This document shows, piece after piece, positions 1-11,044 of a stretch of DNA of 64,000 bases. Made by a program: the position numbers and the translations under genes. How positions within the stretch are numbered: the first letter of the stretch is position 1; each line of letters begins with the position of its first letter. The notes under the pieces were generated by a model. It had not been told where the DNA came from. It saw only the letters and a list, made by a program, of their open reading frames with translations, and made no database searches. Source of the DNA: Acidobacteriota bacterium (GTDB lineage Bacteria; Acidobacteriota; UBA6911; RPQK01; JAJDTT01); the NCBI GenBank assembly GCA_965263035.1, contig OZ253580.1, positions 6,134,071-6,198,070 on the forward strand, in the 5' to 3' direction.

Positions 1-2
1 CG

Positions 3-644
3 AAGCAGGCGGTCCAACTCCAGAAGCGGCTTCGCTCTCGCATCCACACCGATCTGCCCTTGTCTGACCCGGGAAGAATCGCCGGCGTGGACGTGGGGTA
101 CAGCCGGTCCCTCGGCCTTTCCGTCGCGACCGCGACGGTCCTTTCGTTCCCCTCCCTGGAACTTGTGGAATCGGCGGTGGCCACTACTCCCACGCCATTT
201 CCGTACGTCCCGGGATTGCTGAGCTTTCGGGAGCTGCCCCCCATTCTGGAGGCCCTCGACCAGCTCTCGGCGCCGCCGGAGATGATCCTGGTGGACGGCC
301 ATGGACGGGCCCATCCCAGGCGATTCGGCATCGCCTGCCACCTGGGCCTGTGGCTCCGGATTCCCACCATCGGCGTGGGCAAAACCCGCCTCTGCGGAGA
401 GTACGAGGAGCCGGGTCTGACCAAGGGATCGGCCAGTCCCCTGCGAGACGGATCCGAAACTCTGGGTGTGGTCCTGCGCACCCGCACCCGGGTCCGGCCC
501 GTCTTCGTTTCGGTGGGATACGGGCTGCCCCTGGAAGCCTGCGTGAATTGGACCCTGGCCGTCACTCCCCGTTACCGAATTCCCGAACCGGTCCGCCAAG
601 CCCACAACTTGGCGGCCCGGCAGACCGGGAACCGGCCGTGTTAG
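3..644 (+). CDS. nfi: Endonuclease V (deoxyinosine 3' endonuclease), 5' end outside the window
   Basis: Motifs IAGVDVGY, FPYVPGLLSFRE, LVDGHGRAHPRRFGIACHLG, PVFVSVG, YRIPEPVRQAH. The frame is open from base 3. Confidence 0.95.
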   Translation, partial: KQAVQLQKRLRSRIHTDLPLSDPGRIAGVDVGYSRSLGLSVATATVLSFPSLELVESAVATTPTPFPYVPGLLSFRELPPILEALDQLSAPPEMILVDGHGRAHPRRFGIACHLGLWLRIPTIGVGKTRLCGEYEEPGLTKGSASPLRDGSETLGVVLRTRTRVRPVFVSVGYGLPLEACVNWTLAVTPRYRIPEPVRQAHNLAARQTGNRPC

Positions 645-816
645 GAGTCTGCGCGGTAGAAATGATCGTAGCGAGAAAGTGGGGAATCGAGGCCGGATTT
701 TCTCGTTTTGGAGGTGCATAGTTGTTCTATTCGCCGAGAAATCGGGGAAATATGGACCGATCCTACCGCTTTCGCAGTAGATCAATTTCTGCGGCGCAGG
801 CTCCTAGGTCCGTATA

Positions 817-2091
817 ATGGCCCCCATGCCTGATCGAGAGGAAACCGAATCTGTACTGGCTCCCCTGGGACTCCACCGTCCTTCCGAGCTGATCTACCGA
901 GCCTGCTACGCGCCGGTGGACTTGGCGGGTCTGCTGGAGACGGCGGAGAACCGCTCCCGGATCCGGCGCCTGTCCGTGCCCCAGCTCTATTTCGGACTCA
1001 AGGAGCTGGGCGAGCACCAGGTCCACGCGCTGCTGCCCCACATCACCGAGACGCAATGGCAGGGGGTTCTGGATCTCGATCTCTGGAATCGGGACCGGGC
1101 CAACGCGGGTAAGTTTCTCTTCTGGGCGGGGCAGATCATCCAAGCCGAGAACCCGGTGGCCGCCAAGATCGTCCGGGGCACGGACCGTCAACTTCTGGAA
1201 CTCTGGTTCAAACGCCGGATCAGGATCGAGGAGATCGTCGAGGACGATCCGGGACTCGCTCCGAAAGGCGACTTTATGGAAACGCCGGACCGCTCCTTTC
1301 TGGTCCATCTGCCCAGGAACCCGGAGGAATCCCGGCTCGCTCGCGGCCTGCTGTTGAAGCTGTACGAGTTGAGCCCGGAGGAGACCAGCCTCTGGATCCA
1401 GGAATCCCGGTACCGGACCTCCATCGAGCTGGAGGAGAGCGCCTACCAGAATCGGAAACGGCGGATCGAGGTCATGGGATTCCAGGACTACTTCGACGCC
1501 TTGGACGTGTATACCTATCTTCCTCACGGAACGCCGCTTCCAGAGAAAATACGGGACAAATTGCGAGCCGTCGGCACCCTGCCCGCGCCAGTCGCCCGGA
1601 TGAAGTCGGGTCCCCTTCTCCTGTTCCAGGCCCTGGCCGCCTTCGCCCGGCCCCACGAGTTGGAACCGCTGATGGAGGAGCTGTTCTTCGTCTGCAACAA
1701 GATCCTCTCCGCCGACCGGACGCCTCCCAACCGAACCTCCCGGGTGAAGCGGGCCATTCGCAAGGCGCTCAGCGGCATCAACCTGGGACTGGAGATCTGG
1801 GCCGAAGGAGACCTGAACCGTGCTCGGGACGGACTCAGGCGCCACTACCTGCAGTCCTTCTTCCATACCGGCTACAGCCGGTTGGTGGAACTGCGCGACC
1901 GGGCCCGAGAGATTCGAGCGCAGGTCCCCCTCGAACCCGGGTCACCGCTGGATGACGCCCTGGCGGAGCTGGCCCGGAATTATCCGCTTCTGCTGGTGGA
2001 GATCCGGGAAAAGAGGCGGCGGCGATTCCTCAAGAACACCGCGGACCTGGAACGCGCCAGCGGTTATCTGGCGGCGGCCCAAGAGGCGTAG
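817..2091 (+). CDS. DUF6178-family hypothetical protein
   Basis: 424-aa ORF; LDLDLW..D, ELEESAYQNRKRRIEVMGFQDYFDALDVY and SGINLGLE match DUF6178 as I recall it. Confidence 0.7.
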   Translation: MAPMPDREETESVLAPLGLHRPSELIYRACYAPVDLAGLLETAENRSRIRRLSVPQLYFGLKELGEHQVHALLPHITETQWQGVLDLDLWNRDRANAGKFLFWAGQIIQAENPVAAKIVRGTDRQLLELWFKRRIRIEEIVEDDPGLAPKGDFMETPDRSFLVHLPRNPEESRLARGLLLKLYELSPEETSLWIQESRYRTSIELEESAYQNRKRRIEVMGFQDYFDALDVYTYLPHGTPLPEKIRDKLRAVGTLPAPVARMKSGPLLLFQALAAFARPHELEPLMEELFFVCNKILSADRTPPNRTSRVKRAIRKALSGINLGLEIWAEGDLNRARDGLRRHYLQSFFHTGYSRLVELRDRAREIRAQVPLEPGSPLDDALAELARNYPLLLVEIREKRRRRFLKNTADLERASGYLAAAQEA

Positions 2092-2099
2092 GGGCGCCC

Positions 2100-2494
2100 C
2101 TCGTGGGTACGGTGGTTCGCCGGGAGCGTTCATTTATCCAGACTTGATGATACGAGTGAGGTTTTCTCCAGAAGTTAACTTAAGATTTGTTCATCTTTTC
2201 TGTGTATCTCCGGTGGCTAGGAGCTACTTTTCGGAGAATACAACAGGGGCGCAGAAGACCATGTCTAAGATTAATCAGGCTATTCTTCGAGCCTTGCCGA
2301 TTCCCCTTCCGCCCCTCTCCGAGCAACGCCGCATCGTCGCCACGGTCGATGAACTCATGGCGCTCTGCGACCGGCTGGAGACCGGTCTTGCTACCGCAGA
2401 TGGCACTCGCAATCGCCTTCTCGAATCCCTTCTGCATGACGCTCTGGCATTCGCCATATACGAAGCCGCGATCGCCAGGAGGGTTGAGGCATGA
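2100..2494 (+). pseudogene. hsdS: Type I restriction-modification specificity subunit, C-terminal fragment
   Basis: GAQKTMSKINQAILRALPIPLPPLSEQRRIVATVDELMALCDRLE is the HsdS conserved helix region. No start or first TRD. Confidence 0.8.
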
Positions 2495-2602
2495 AGTACC
2501 TGGGCCGCGAGGGCACGAAGGGGAGACACCCCAACCAGGCGCTAGACTACTGCGGTGCGCGCTACGTCCGGTCCAGCCGGGATGGTGTCGCGAGGATAAG
2601 GG

Positions 2603-2860
2603 TATGATCCGCGTCCCAGTGCCCCCGAGATGTTTCGCTGGGCCTGCGAACGTGCCGGCTACGACATAACGCACGTTGTGGAGCGCATGCCACAACTCCC
2701 GGCCTGGGTCCGACGCGAGAGACAGCTGACGCTGAAGCAGCGGGAGAAGCTGGCCAAACTTACGCATACGCCGCTCGGCTACCTGTTCCTCCCCGAGCCC
2801 CCCGACGAATGCCTCCCGGTTCCTGACTATCGCACCTCACGGATGGATCAGGTGTGGTGA
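2603..2860 (+). pseudogene. Truncated XRE-HTH / ImmA-IrrE (DUF955) family protein N-terminus
   Basis: RWACERAG...LTLKQREKLAKLTHTPLGYLFLPEPP..LPVPDYRT. Frameshift near the start; the metallopeptidase domain is missing. Confidence 0.7.
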
Positions 2861-2903
2861 TGAGGGGTGACACCGCGAGGAAGAGGCTCCCAAGAGAGGT
2901 TCG

Positions 2904-4094
2904 CTACTGGGCGCGACGTGGACGCCTCGCTCTAGGCCGCAGGGTTAGCACCGTTTCAATGCGCATGCGGGTATCCAGAGCGTTCATGCCCTCGCCCGGC
3001 GGCGGCAAGTAGCGCCGCCGCGCGGGTATTTCCCGGATTCGTCGGTCTTGGACTCGGAAGCCAACCCTCATGGCCAACGCCTCGATCAGCGCCGCGTTGT
3101 TGACTATCGTCCCACGAATGAACGAGTTGCCGAGAACCATAACGACGTGCCCAGTCTGTTTGACGGTTCTGTGGACCTGCTTCAGTACGGCCTCCATGTC
3201 TGCCGCGTATCGCCGAATCCATCCCAAGTGGCGGGAACCGATGGTCGAGCCCTCAGCCTTCACCAAATAGGGTGAGAGCTCCAGCGACATCGCCGACGGC
3301 GAGAGAATTCTCTCTGCCCCGACGTTCGAGGCACGCGTGTGTCTCAGCGACGCCATCACATGCCCCATCCATACCAAGGCCAATCTGTGACCCCGGATGT
3401 AGTCGATTGCGTTCAGGTAAGGTGGCGATGTCAGCACTAGGTCGAATCCTTCGTCGCTAATGCCTTCAAGCGTACGTGCGTCACCAAGGCAAATGTTCGC
3501 CTTGCCAACGATGAGATCGGGTAGTAGTCGGCGGGCGACAAGCTGAGCGGACTGTCGGAACCCAGGATACACATCGAAAGGGTTCTCCTCGGCAACCTTA
3601 TGCGGCCGGCTGTGCGATGTGTCTCGTGCCAAAGATGCCATCATCTCCTTCGAAACGATGATTCTGCTCAGTGCGATCATCAAAGCTTGCTTTGTCGGTC
3701 CATCATGCCGTCCAAGAACCGTCGTAAGCCTTGCGATTTCGTCTTCCTGCTTGGCTGCGAACCAATAGAAGATGAACTTCCGGGTCTCGGCATCGGCCGG
3801 CCGCTGGACCGCGCTGGAAGAGAGCGACTCCGCTCTCTTCACGAGATCCCCAGCATCGACACGTATATCCTCTGGATCCAAACGACTGGTCCATACTTGG
3901 GACATCATCACGGCCAAAGGATCGATGTCAATGCCGACGCACCTGAGGCCTGTTTCTACGGCCGCGCGTGGAACAGTCCCGGAACCACACATCGGATCCA
4001 GAACCTGACCGCCTGGGGGAACCATCTTGAGCGCGTCACGTGCCAATTCCGGTGCCATGCGAGCCGGAAACGGATGTATGGTAGCGAGTTCCAT
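2904..4094 (-). CDS. Site-specific DNA methyltransferase, probably N4-cytosine, alpha-type motif order
   Basis: IHPFPARM, motif I LDPMCGSGT before motif IV LTSPPY. Start overlaps the stop of the upstream ORF at 4094. Confidence 0.88.
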   Translation of the reverse strand: MELATIHPFPARMAPELARDALKMVPPGGQVLDPMCGSGTVPRAAVETGLRCVGIDIDPLAVMMSQVWTSRLDPEDIRVDAGDLVKRAESLSSSAVQRPADAETRKFIFYWFAAKQEDEIARLTTVLGRHDGPTKQALMIALSRIIVSKEMMASLARDTSHSRPHKVAEENPFDVYPGFRQSAQLVARRLLPDLIVGKANICLGDARTLEGISDEGFDLVLTSPPYLNAIDYIRGHRLALVWMGHVMASLRHTRASNVGAERILSPSAMSLELSPYLVKAEGSTIGSRHLGWIRRYAADMEAVLKQVHRTVKQTGHVVMVLGNSFIRGTIVNNAALIEALAMRVGFRVQDRRIREIPARRRYLPPPGEGMNALDTRMRIETVLTLRPRARRPRRAQ

Positions 4095-4764
4095 TACTTA
4101 GGCTCCAGCTGACCGTGTCCATCTGGCGAATCCATTTTCCCAATCTGTCGGTCAAGCTCCGCCAGGATCTGCTCCCCTGTCTGATACATTACAACATCAT
4201 CAGAATCGTCTACCTGAAGCCATCTCTCACCGATAATGTTCTCCACCGCCTTCAGGCGGGCGGTCAGCCGACTCGGCGAAAATTCTCGTAGGCCCGGGGT
4301 CATTACACGAGCGACTTTAACGTTCGGTACAGCCTTTTTGTCATTCTTCAAGCGCTCAAGTGCCTCGATCAAGAAGGCGAGAGGGATTTCACTTTTCGAG
4401 AGGCTGTGTTGCTTTTCACCTATCCACTGGTCTACATGAGCGACGGTACGGCACTCTTCGAACATGTTCCAAAGGTCCGTCAGAGTCAGGCCATGGTGAA
4501 AGTGCAACCGGATCAGGCGATCCAGATGTACAATCTTGAGCAAGGTCAGGTACCGATAGGCTTTTCGGCGCGGTTCCGGGAACATCTTTCGATTAACCTT
4601 TCCCGCCGGATCGTCTTCCGCTGCGTACTTGGCCGCGATAAAGAAGCCGTACGCTGCGCATTCCTGCGAACGAAAGTCTTCCAGGCTCGATGGATCAATT
4701 TTGTCCGCCGGCACGGATGGTTTGTCGGTGTGCTTCGCATCGTAGACTAGCTTATAGTCCCTAT
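4094..4764 (-). pseudogene. 3' part of a MORC/GHKL ATPase-PD-(D/E)xK nuclease gene interrupted by IS1380
   Basis: Removing the IS and one CTAT gives in-frame ...ARDH-RDYKLVYDAK..., joining this to 6530..8301. Confidence 0.8.
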
Positions 4765-6529
4765 CCTGCATTTCTCATCAGTAGAACAATAAACGGAAGT
4801 TGAACCGTCGTCTGGGTGATTCTTTATCCATACGAGTTCAAGAGGCAGTTTTCGTGCTCGAACGTGCCGACCAACGGCCAGATGCAGCGCTTCTCCAGAG
4901 CCTTTTGACGCCCATCCTGCGCTTCTGAGCGACGACTCTCGACCCGGTGCCCACTCCGGGGCGCAGTCCATCCTGGGGACTCCCAAGTCGCCATCGTCCA
5001 AAGAGTTCTTTCCATCCGTTGCTAACAGCGAAGCGGGAGGGCTTGCACTTGCGTCAGAGCCGTCCTCAACAGCGCCGCATACGGATAGCTCTCGGAAAAG
5101 GACAACCAGACCTTGCGGCTGGTGATCCGGACCTGTGCCCCGATCTTCAGCAATCTCACCCGCAGGGTCCAGCTCTGCGCCCGCGCCAGCTTCGTCCCCG
5201 CCAGCCCCACCCGTCGCAACGTCTCCATCATCACGTAGGCGAATGCCGAGAAATACAACCGCAGTTGATTCCCCGCCAGCTTCCGGGTCGACGTGCGGTC
5301 CGCAAACAGACCCATCTGCTGTTCCTTTATCCGATTCTCCATGTCTCCCCGCGCGCAGTAGACCTCCTCGTACAATCTTCGCCCATCGCATTCCTGGACC
5401 GGGACCGAAGTCACGATGAATCGCGGGTTCTTTCCCCGGGGCAGGTGCTCCACCTTCGCCACCACCCGGCGCTCGCACGACCAACTCTTGTGCGTCTGAT
5501 AGCGCAGTTCCTGGAACTGCCTCACGGCCTTCCCGATCGCCCGCTGCAACTGCCGGACGGTCTCCATCCGGGTCGCGATCCTCCGCTTCAGCCGATCGTT
5601 CTGCGCCAACCCCAGGACGTAATCGATCCCTTCCTTCTCGCACCAGACCATCAACTCGTCGTTGGAGAAGGCACTGTCCCCTCGAACCGTGATCCGCACC
5701 TGGGGCCACGCTTCACGCAGCCGCCTCACGATTGGTTCCAACTCCGCCACCACCCCGTGGGCCGCGCCTCGATCCGCCGTGCGCAGCCGCGCACGCAACA
5801 GGTGTTCCCCACAGAAGACGTACAGCGGCAGGTAGCAGTAGCGTTTGTAATAGCCGTGGAAGAACCGTCCCTCCTGCTTCCCATGCAGCGGATCGTCCGT
5901 GGCGTCTACATCCAGGATCACCTCCTCCGGGGGCTCCGGATGCGCTTCCACAAACACCTCCAGCAGCAGCTCGTCCATCCCCGCCGGGTCGGCCACGATC
6001 TTCTTGTACGCGCCCTCCGGTCCCTCCAACGGAGTCCGCTCCAGTCGGTTCAGGGTGCTCTTGCCTGCCAGCGGCTTGCCTCGATCCGACTCCACGCGCC
6101 GGAACTCCCCCGTCAGATCATCTCGATCACACAACAGCGCCAAGAGCCGGTCCCGGCACAACTCGTCGTGGTCGTTGAGGTCCTCGTAGCCCAGGCACAG
6201 CCCCAGCACCCGCTGTTTGATCAACGCCTCCACCGGGTGTTCGACTCGATCCGAGTCTCGATAGTCGGTGAAGCATTCGCTCAGACGACCCAGAATCCGG
6301 GTCCGCTGCTCCACTTCGCGCAGGAGCACGCCACCGGCGTCGGAGGTGATCTCGCCGCCGTCGAACCGGCCCACGACATCCCGTCCGTCCAGGCCCTGAA
6401 ATCTGAGCTTTATTCTGGTACACTCTGCGGTCATAAGGTCGCGTCCCTTCTGCTTTGTAAGTTATTGATTACACAACACTTATAGCAGAAAACGCGGCCT
6501 TTATCAATCTTTCTGATGAGATATCCGGG
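4765..6529 (-). mobile_element. IS1380-family insertion sequence (1765 bp)
   Basis: TIRs CCTGCATTTCTCATCAG / CCCGGATATCTCATCAG (14/17 match); 4-bp target duplication CTAT at 4761-4764 and 6530-6533. Confidence 0.93.
5022..6434 (-). CDS. IS1380-family DDE transposase
   Basis: FDGGEITSDAG, GYEDLNDHD, LDVDATDDPLHG.QEG.FFHGYY, VRGDSAF, YCARGDMENRIKEQ. Confidence 0.95.
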   Translation of the reverse strand: MTAECTRIKLRFQGLDGRDVVGRFDGGEITSDAGGVLLREVEQRTRILGRLSECFTDYRDSDRVEHPVEALIKQRVLGLCLGYEDLNDHDELCRDRLLALLCDRDDLTGEFRRVESDRGKPLAGKSTLNRLERTPLEGPEGAYKKIVADPAGMDELLLEVFVEAHPEPPEEVILDVDATDDPLHGKQEGRFFHGYYKRYCYLPLYVFCGEHLLRARLRTADRGAAHGVVAELEPIVRRLREAWPQVRITVRGDSAFSNDELMVWCEKEGIDYVLGLAQNDRLKRRIATRMETVRQLQRAIGKAVRQFQELRYQTHKSWSCERRVVAKVEHLPRGKNPRFIVTSVPVQECDGRRLYEEVYCARGDMENRIKEQQMGLFADRTSTRKLAGNQLRLYFSAFAYVMMETLRRVGLAGTKLARAQSWTLRVRLLKIGAQVRITSRKVWLSFSESYPYAALLRTALTQVQALPLRC

Positions 6530-8301
6530 CTATGGTCACGGGCTGCATCGCCATGCCGGCCCAAACGGGCAAAGAGTACTCCATCCGTTCCGGGCTTGCT
6601 GCCTCCCCTCCGCTCGTATTCGAATCCAAGAACACGAAACGCGGCACCGGTGGCGCGCTCAAGTACGTTCTCATTCTGATTGGCAACCTGGAGTAACCTA
6701 ACGGCTTCGCTCGCGGTTGGCGGTGCTTCGCCTGCCATGAGCCTCAGGATACGGTCCCGATCGCGAAGGATCTCCGCAATCGCGCCGGTTTCGACGCCTT
6801 GCTCTTGAAGCAGTCCTTCCAGTAGCACTTCTGATGGAGCGAACAGCTTTGCCGGATTTCGATTCTTGCCGTCACCTGTGAGCTTGTCGACAAATGGATG
6901 CTCAAGATTGATTGCGAGGCGCCGCGTACTGGGATCGTAGCGAACCGCAGCGGCGTGAGGGCCATATCGGCCGAAAGTAGGATCTTCAAATGGCCTACTC
7001 GTGACCTCGTCGCAAAAACCGTCGAACCAATCGGAGGCATCGTCTTCGGCCACGTCCTTGGGAGCGGCGATGTAAAACGACTCCTCACCGGATTCTACTG
7101 TGGTGCGAACCCCACGAAGCAGAGGCTCGAGGATATGAGTGCTAGGCTCGTCAGACAGGAGCAAATGGATATCCAGATCCTTGACTTGTGTTCGCAGCCA
7201 CTCCTCATACGCGCTGCGACATTGATTGAAAACCGTCAACAAGTACTGACGGAACTCGCGCACAAGCTTCGAATCCCTTACCCCTTCGCGTGACGACAGA
7301 AGATGGTTCCGCAGTCCTTCGGCGCGCACCTCCAAGGCGAATCGAGCCCATGCGGCGTAATTTGGCTGAGTGATTCCGAACAGTTCATCTTCGAGGTTAA
7401 TGACACGTTCTCGGACTCGTACGAAGAATCCGTGACTCCGGGCAAGGTCGGCTGATTTTCCTCCGGTCAGAGGTTTTTCGTATATCCGAGCGTCGCCTTT
7501 AATGACTCCGATGCCTGACAAGTTCTCATCGATCTCGATAGTCTTTATTGGCTCAAGCCTCTCCTTGCTGGAAACGACACGCTCACCGTCGAGATAGATT
7601 TGAAAATCTAAATGGAGTGGCAAACCGGTGCTCAACACCCATCGCAATGTCCCGACCGAAAGCTGATTATAGAGATCCCGAAAGTCAGATAATCCGGCCA
7701 CTGTCCACGATCTATCTCGGCCATTCACGCCAAATAAGAGGTCCCACGCAATCGCATCGCGTTCTTCGACGTCAGCCAGAAGGGCCCTAGCCGTTTGCTC
7801 GTCAACTTCACGAAGCGAGATTGTGGCTGGCTCAGGGTTGTCGGCTTGCCGTCCCGTGACCGTTCGAAAATCCATCACTGTCAAGAGGAAGCGATCGCGG
7901 ACACGACTTAGATGCATGAGATGCCATGCAAGGACGTAGGCGGCAAGCTTTCCGATGCCGAATTGCCCAATGGGAAGACGCCCATTGGATGGAGATGCGT
8001 CGGTCTTGTCGGAGTCAGCCACCCGCCAGAGCTGGTGGAATCCATCGGCATTCATGCCGTGTCCGTCGTCAATAACCCAGAGGGGTGAGAGGGGAGTGAC
8101 CTCGTTTTGGGGGTCCGGAAGCAGCACATGAACGCTGCCGGCCCCGGCGTCATAGCTGTTGCTAACGAGTTCCTCAATTGCCTTGTGCGGACTCTTATAC
8201 AGGCCTTCCGAAAAGAGGCGAATGATGTCGTAGCTTATGAAAACAGAAATCTCGTCGACTTCATCGCCGACGTGCCCGAAGTCCGACATGGCCGAGGTCA
8301 T
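6530..8301 (-). pseudogene. 5' part of a MORC/HSP90-like (GHKL) ATPase fused to a restriction-endonuclease-like domain
   Basis: GHKL motifs AIEELVSNSYDA, IDDGHGM, GQFGIGKLA; nuclease start GTDGVL just before the IS. Reconstructed length about 812 aa. Confidence 0.85.
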
Positions 8302-8900
8302 TGCTTTCTCCTTTCATCTCGCTCCAAGTTGCCAAACGGATCCGGCATCGTGTCTACGATCTTCTCGGTCTCGAATCTGAAGCAGACAATCCGCACGATG
8401 GTTAGTGACCGAGTCGTTGGGGTGGGGGGGGAAGAAATTCGTTGGCGTCGTTCACCGTTGCGCTTGTCGGTGGTGGTCGTGTAGGAGTAGATCAGCCACT
8501 TAGAAAGCGTTCGTCCGTTGACGGCGTAGCAGTGGGCTTCCACGGGACTCCCGGTCAGCCGCGCGCGGTCGTTCAGGATCAGGATGGCGCGAGCCTTGTC
8601 GGCCGGACCCATCCGACCCGTCCCGAGACGGTAGTCGCCGGGCCGAAGCGTGTGGCCCGTGGAGGACAGGACTTCGAACGGATGCTCCGGGAAGTCCGTG
8701 TCCTCGTATCGCAGGTGCAGTTTTGCCAGCGCGGCCCGTGTGTCAACGAAGGCGCGGAAGTCCGGAGCGAAGAGGATGCGCGGCAAGTCCTTGCCATCCT
8801 GTAGGTGTCGTGCAGGCTGTCTTTGGGGGTCGCCATGAAGCGCGCCGCGTATGTGTGCGCGATGCGAGTTTCTATCTCGGGTAAGCGCGGGTTGAGGTTG
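8298..8900 (-). pseudogene. Degenerate type ISP restriction-modification enzyme C-terminal (specificity) domain
   Basis: KDLPRILFAPDFRAF...LAKLHLRYE...YAVNGRTLSKWLI.SY.TTTDKRNG...ETEKIVDTMP resembles the LlaBIII/LlaGI-type C-terminus. Confidence 0.7.
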
Positions 8901-10019
8901 TCGTCTGCGGAGTTCTTCTGTCAAGCCGACCACGGGCAGATTGTCCAGGATCACCAGAATGGGCGGTTCTTCCGCCGCCAAGAGCGCGCGCTGTTCTCCG
9001 ACAAAAAGACCGTGCTCTGGGAGTTGTTCAGGTTGGACGTATCGGTTAGCACGGTTCCGCCAAGGGCTCTTGGCGGCGTTCGTCCCACGCCGCTCTCGGT
9101 ACGATTCCTCAACGTTTAACGCCGCAATGCAATAGTGACGGTTTCGCAAGACTCTCGTCGCCCACCCAGATCCATCCAAACACCGCTCCTTGTCCATTTG
9201 CCGACTCCTCGCGCGTCAAGCACGCTCCGCAAGAACTGGAAGATAGTCTACCGCCCCTCAAATGCGGCGATCAGCTCCGCCCACGCTCCCGGTTCGCAGT
9301 TCCAGTCGCTCTGCAGCCTGCACGTTGAACCACTTCTCCATGAAATACGGAAGGCCGGCCCCCGCCGGAATACCGTGGGCTAGCACCCCCGTGAGCGGAG
9401 GTGCCAAGCCACATGCGACGCCTCAATGTTACACGGGAATACAGGCGACCGGCCCGTTTCAGCCGTTCGAGTGAGGAGCCAGGGTGCTCGGTTTTCCCCT
9501 GAGAAACTGGAATCCTTTCGGACTATGTCGTTAAGTGTGTCCCGAATGGGAGGTCGGCCGCCAGGGCCTGGCTTAGGCGACATCAGTAAAACATCTTAAG
9601 GAAAGAACAGGGCTCGTGGAGGGCGGCGAGAGACTTGGCAAGAGGGTCGAGCACTTTGCGGACGGGTCCCTCCACAAATTCCGCCTTGTGGGGGAAGAGT
9701 AGTGTGGAGAGCCGGTTTCTCGCGACTTGGACGGGGCCGACGGCTCGTTCGGAGAACAGTCGGATCCGCGTCGCGGAAGATGATGGTGCCATCTTGGTGC
9801 TTGTCACGGGCGGGATAAGCGCGCTTGATACTCGGTAGCGTGCGCGTGCGCTGCGCTTGGGGCTCAACGCACGGATGCCCGGCCCACTGCGGCAGCGCAT
9901 GCTCCGGACCGGCCACATTGGATTGAGGGGATCGACCATGCATCATTCGATAAGAAGGGGGATTATAGACAAAGCTAGACGGTAGAACCCTGTCTGAGTG
10001 CTGCGCTGTATTTCTTTTT

Positions 10020-11034
10020 GTGAAAACCCACGCAGCTTTCCAATGCCGGGCGAAGCTCTCCAAACGGGGATTCCGCCGATTGGATTGGATCAGGGGCGTC
10101 CTGAATCGAATCTACAATTCCGCACTGGAGGAACGCAAGGCCGCTTGGGAAGACGACAAGCGTGGCATCAGCATGTACGACCAGATGAAGCGTCTGACGC
10201 AAGCGCGGAAATCGGACCCGGATGGGATCGGGTCCGTCTCCGTGACTGCGGAACGCGGGATGCTGCGCCGTCTGGAAGGGGCGTTCCAAGCCTTCTTCCG
10301 ACGCTACAAGGCGGGAGAGAATCCAGGTTACCCCCGGTTCCGTCCTCTGGCCCGGATGGAGACGATCGATCTCGTTGATCCGAGGACGACAATGGTCAAG
10401 AAGCGGGCACGTGGGTACGCCATCAAGCCCAAAGGGTTCCCGACGATCCGCATCTTTCCGTCCCGTCTCTTGCCGGCCGGCTGCCCGTTGAAGGCCCTGC
10501 GGATCGAACGCCGCCGGCGCGCCTGGCCGGAGATCAAGCGTCAGCAGAGAATGATTGCCCGTTGCAAGCGGGGATCGAACCTCCGAAAGAAGCGGGTCCG
10601 GCAACTGGCACGGCTCCACTACGGCGAGAGGGTCGGGAACCGGAATGCGTGCCACCGGGCCACGACTCGGATCGTCCGTTTTCACGGACTCATCGCCGTC
10701 GAGAAACTGAACGTCAAGGGGATGACCACCAAGGGCCTCAAGAAGAAGCGCCTGATTCGGGAGATCCTCACACAATCTTGGGGGCTTCTTCCAGTACAAG
10801 GCCGAGTGGGCCGGGCGGGAGTTCGTCGAAGTGGACCCGAAATACACGTCGCAGGACTGCCACCGGTGTGGTGCCAGGATCCGACCTGGGCGAAGCGAAC
10901 GGTACGCTTGCGCAGCCTGCGGACTCAGGATGGACAGGGACGAGAACACCGCCCTGAACATTCTCAGGGCAGGGGTTCTCGCCCTGGGTGCCGAAACGTG
11001 GGGCGTCAGCCCGTGCGTGGCACCGGAATTGTAG
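10020..11034 (+). pseudogene. tnpB: IS200/IS605-family TnpB, internally deleted and frameshifted
   Basis: N-terminal YNSALEERK and GENPGYPRFR; IAVEKLNVKGM; after a frameshift near 10790, VDPKYTSQDCHRCG...CAACG..MDRDENTALNIL. The RuvC-I GxDxG segment is absent. TCAA at 11038-11041 may mark the right end. Confidence 0.88.
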
Positions 11035-11044
11035 TCGTCAAGTA

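Noticed and set aside
9520-9840. Possible IS5-like transposase start (MSPKPGPGGRPP) and RelE-like remnant
   Set aside because: Too short and degenerate to call.
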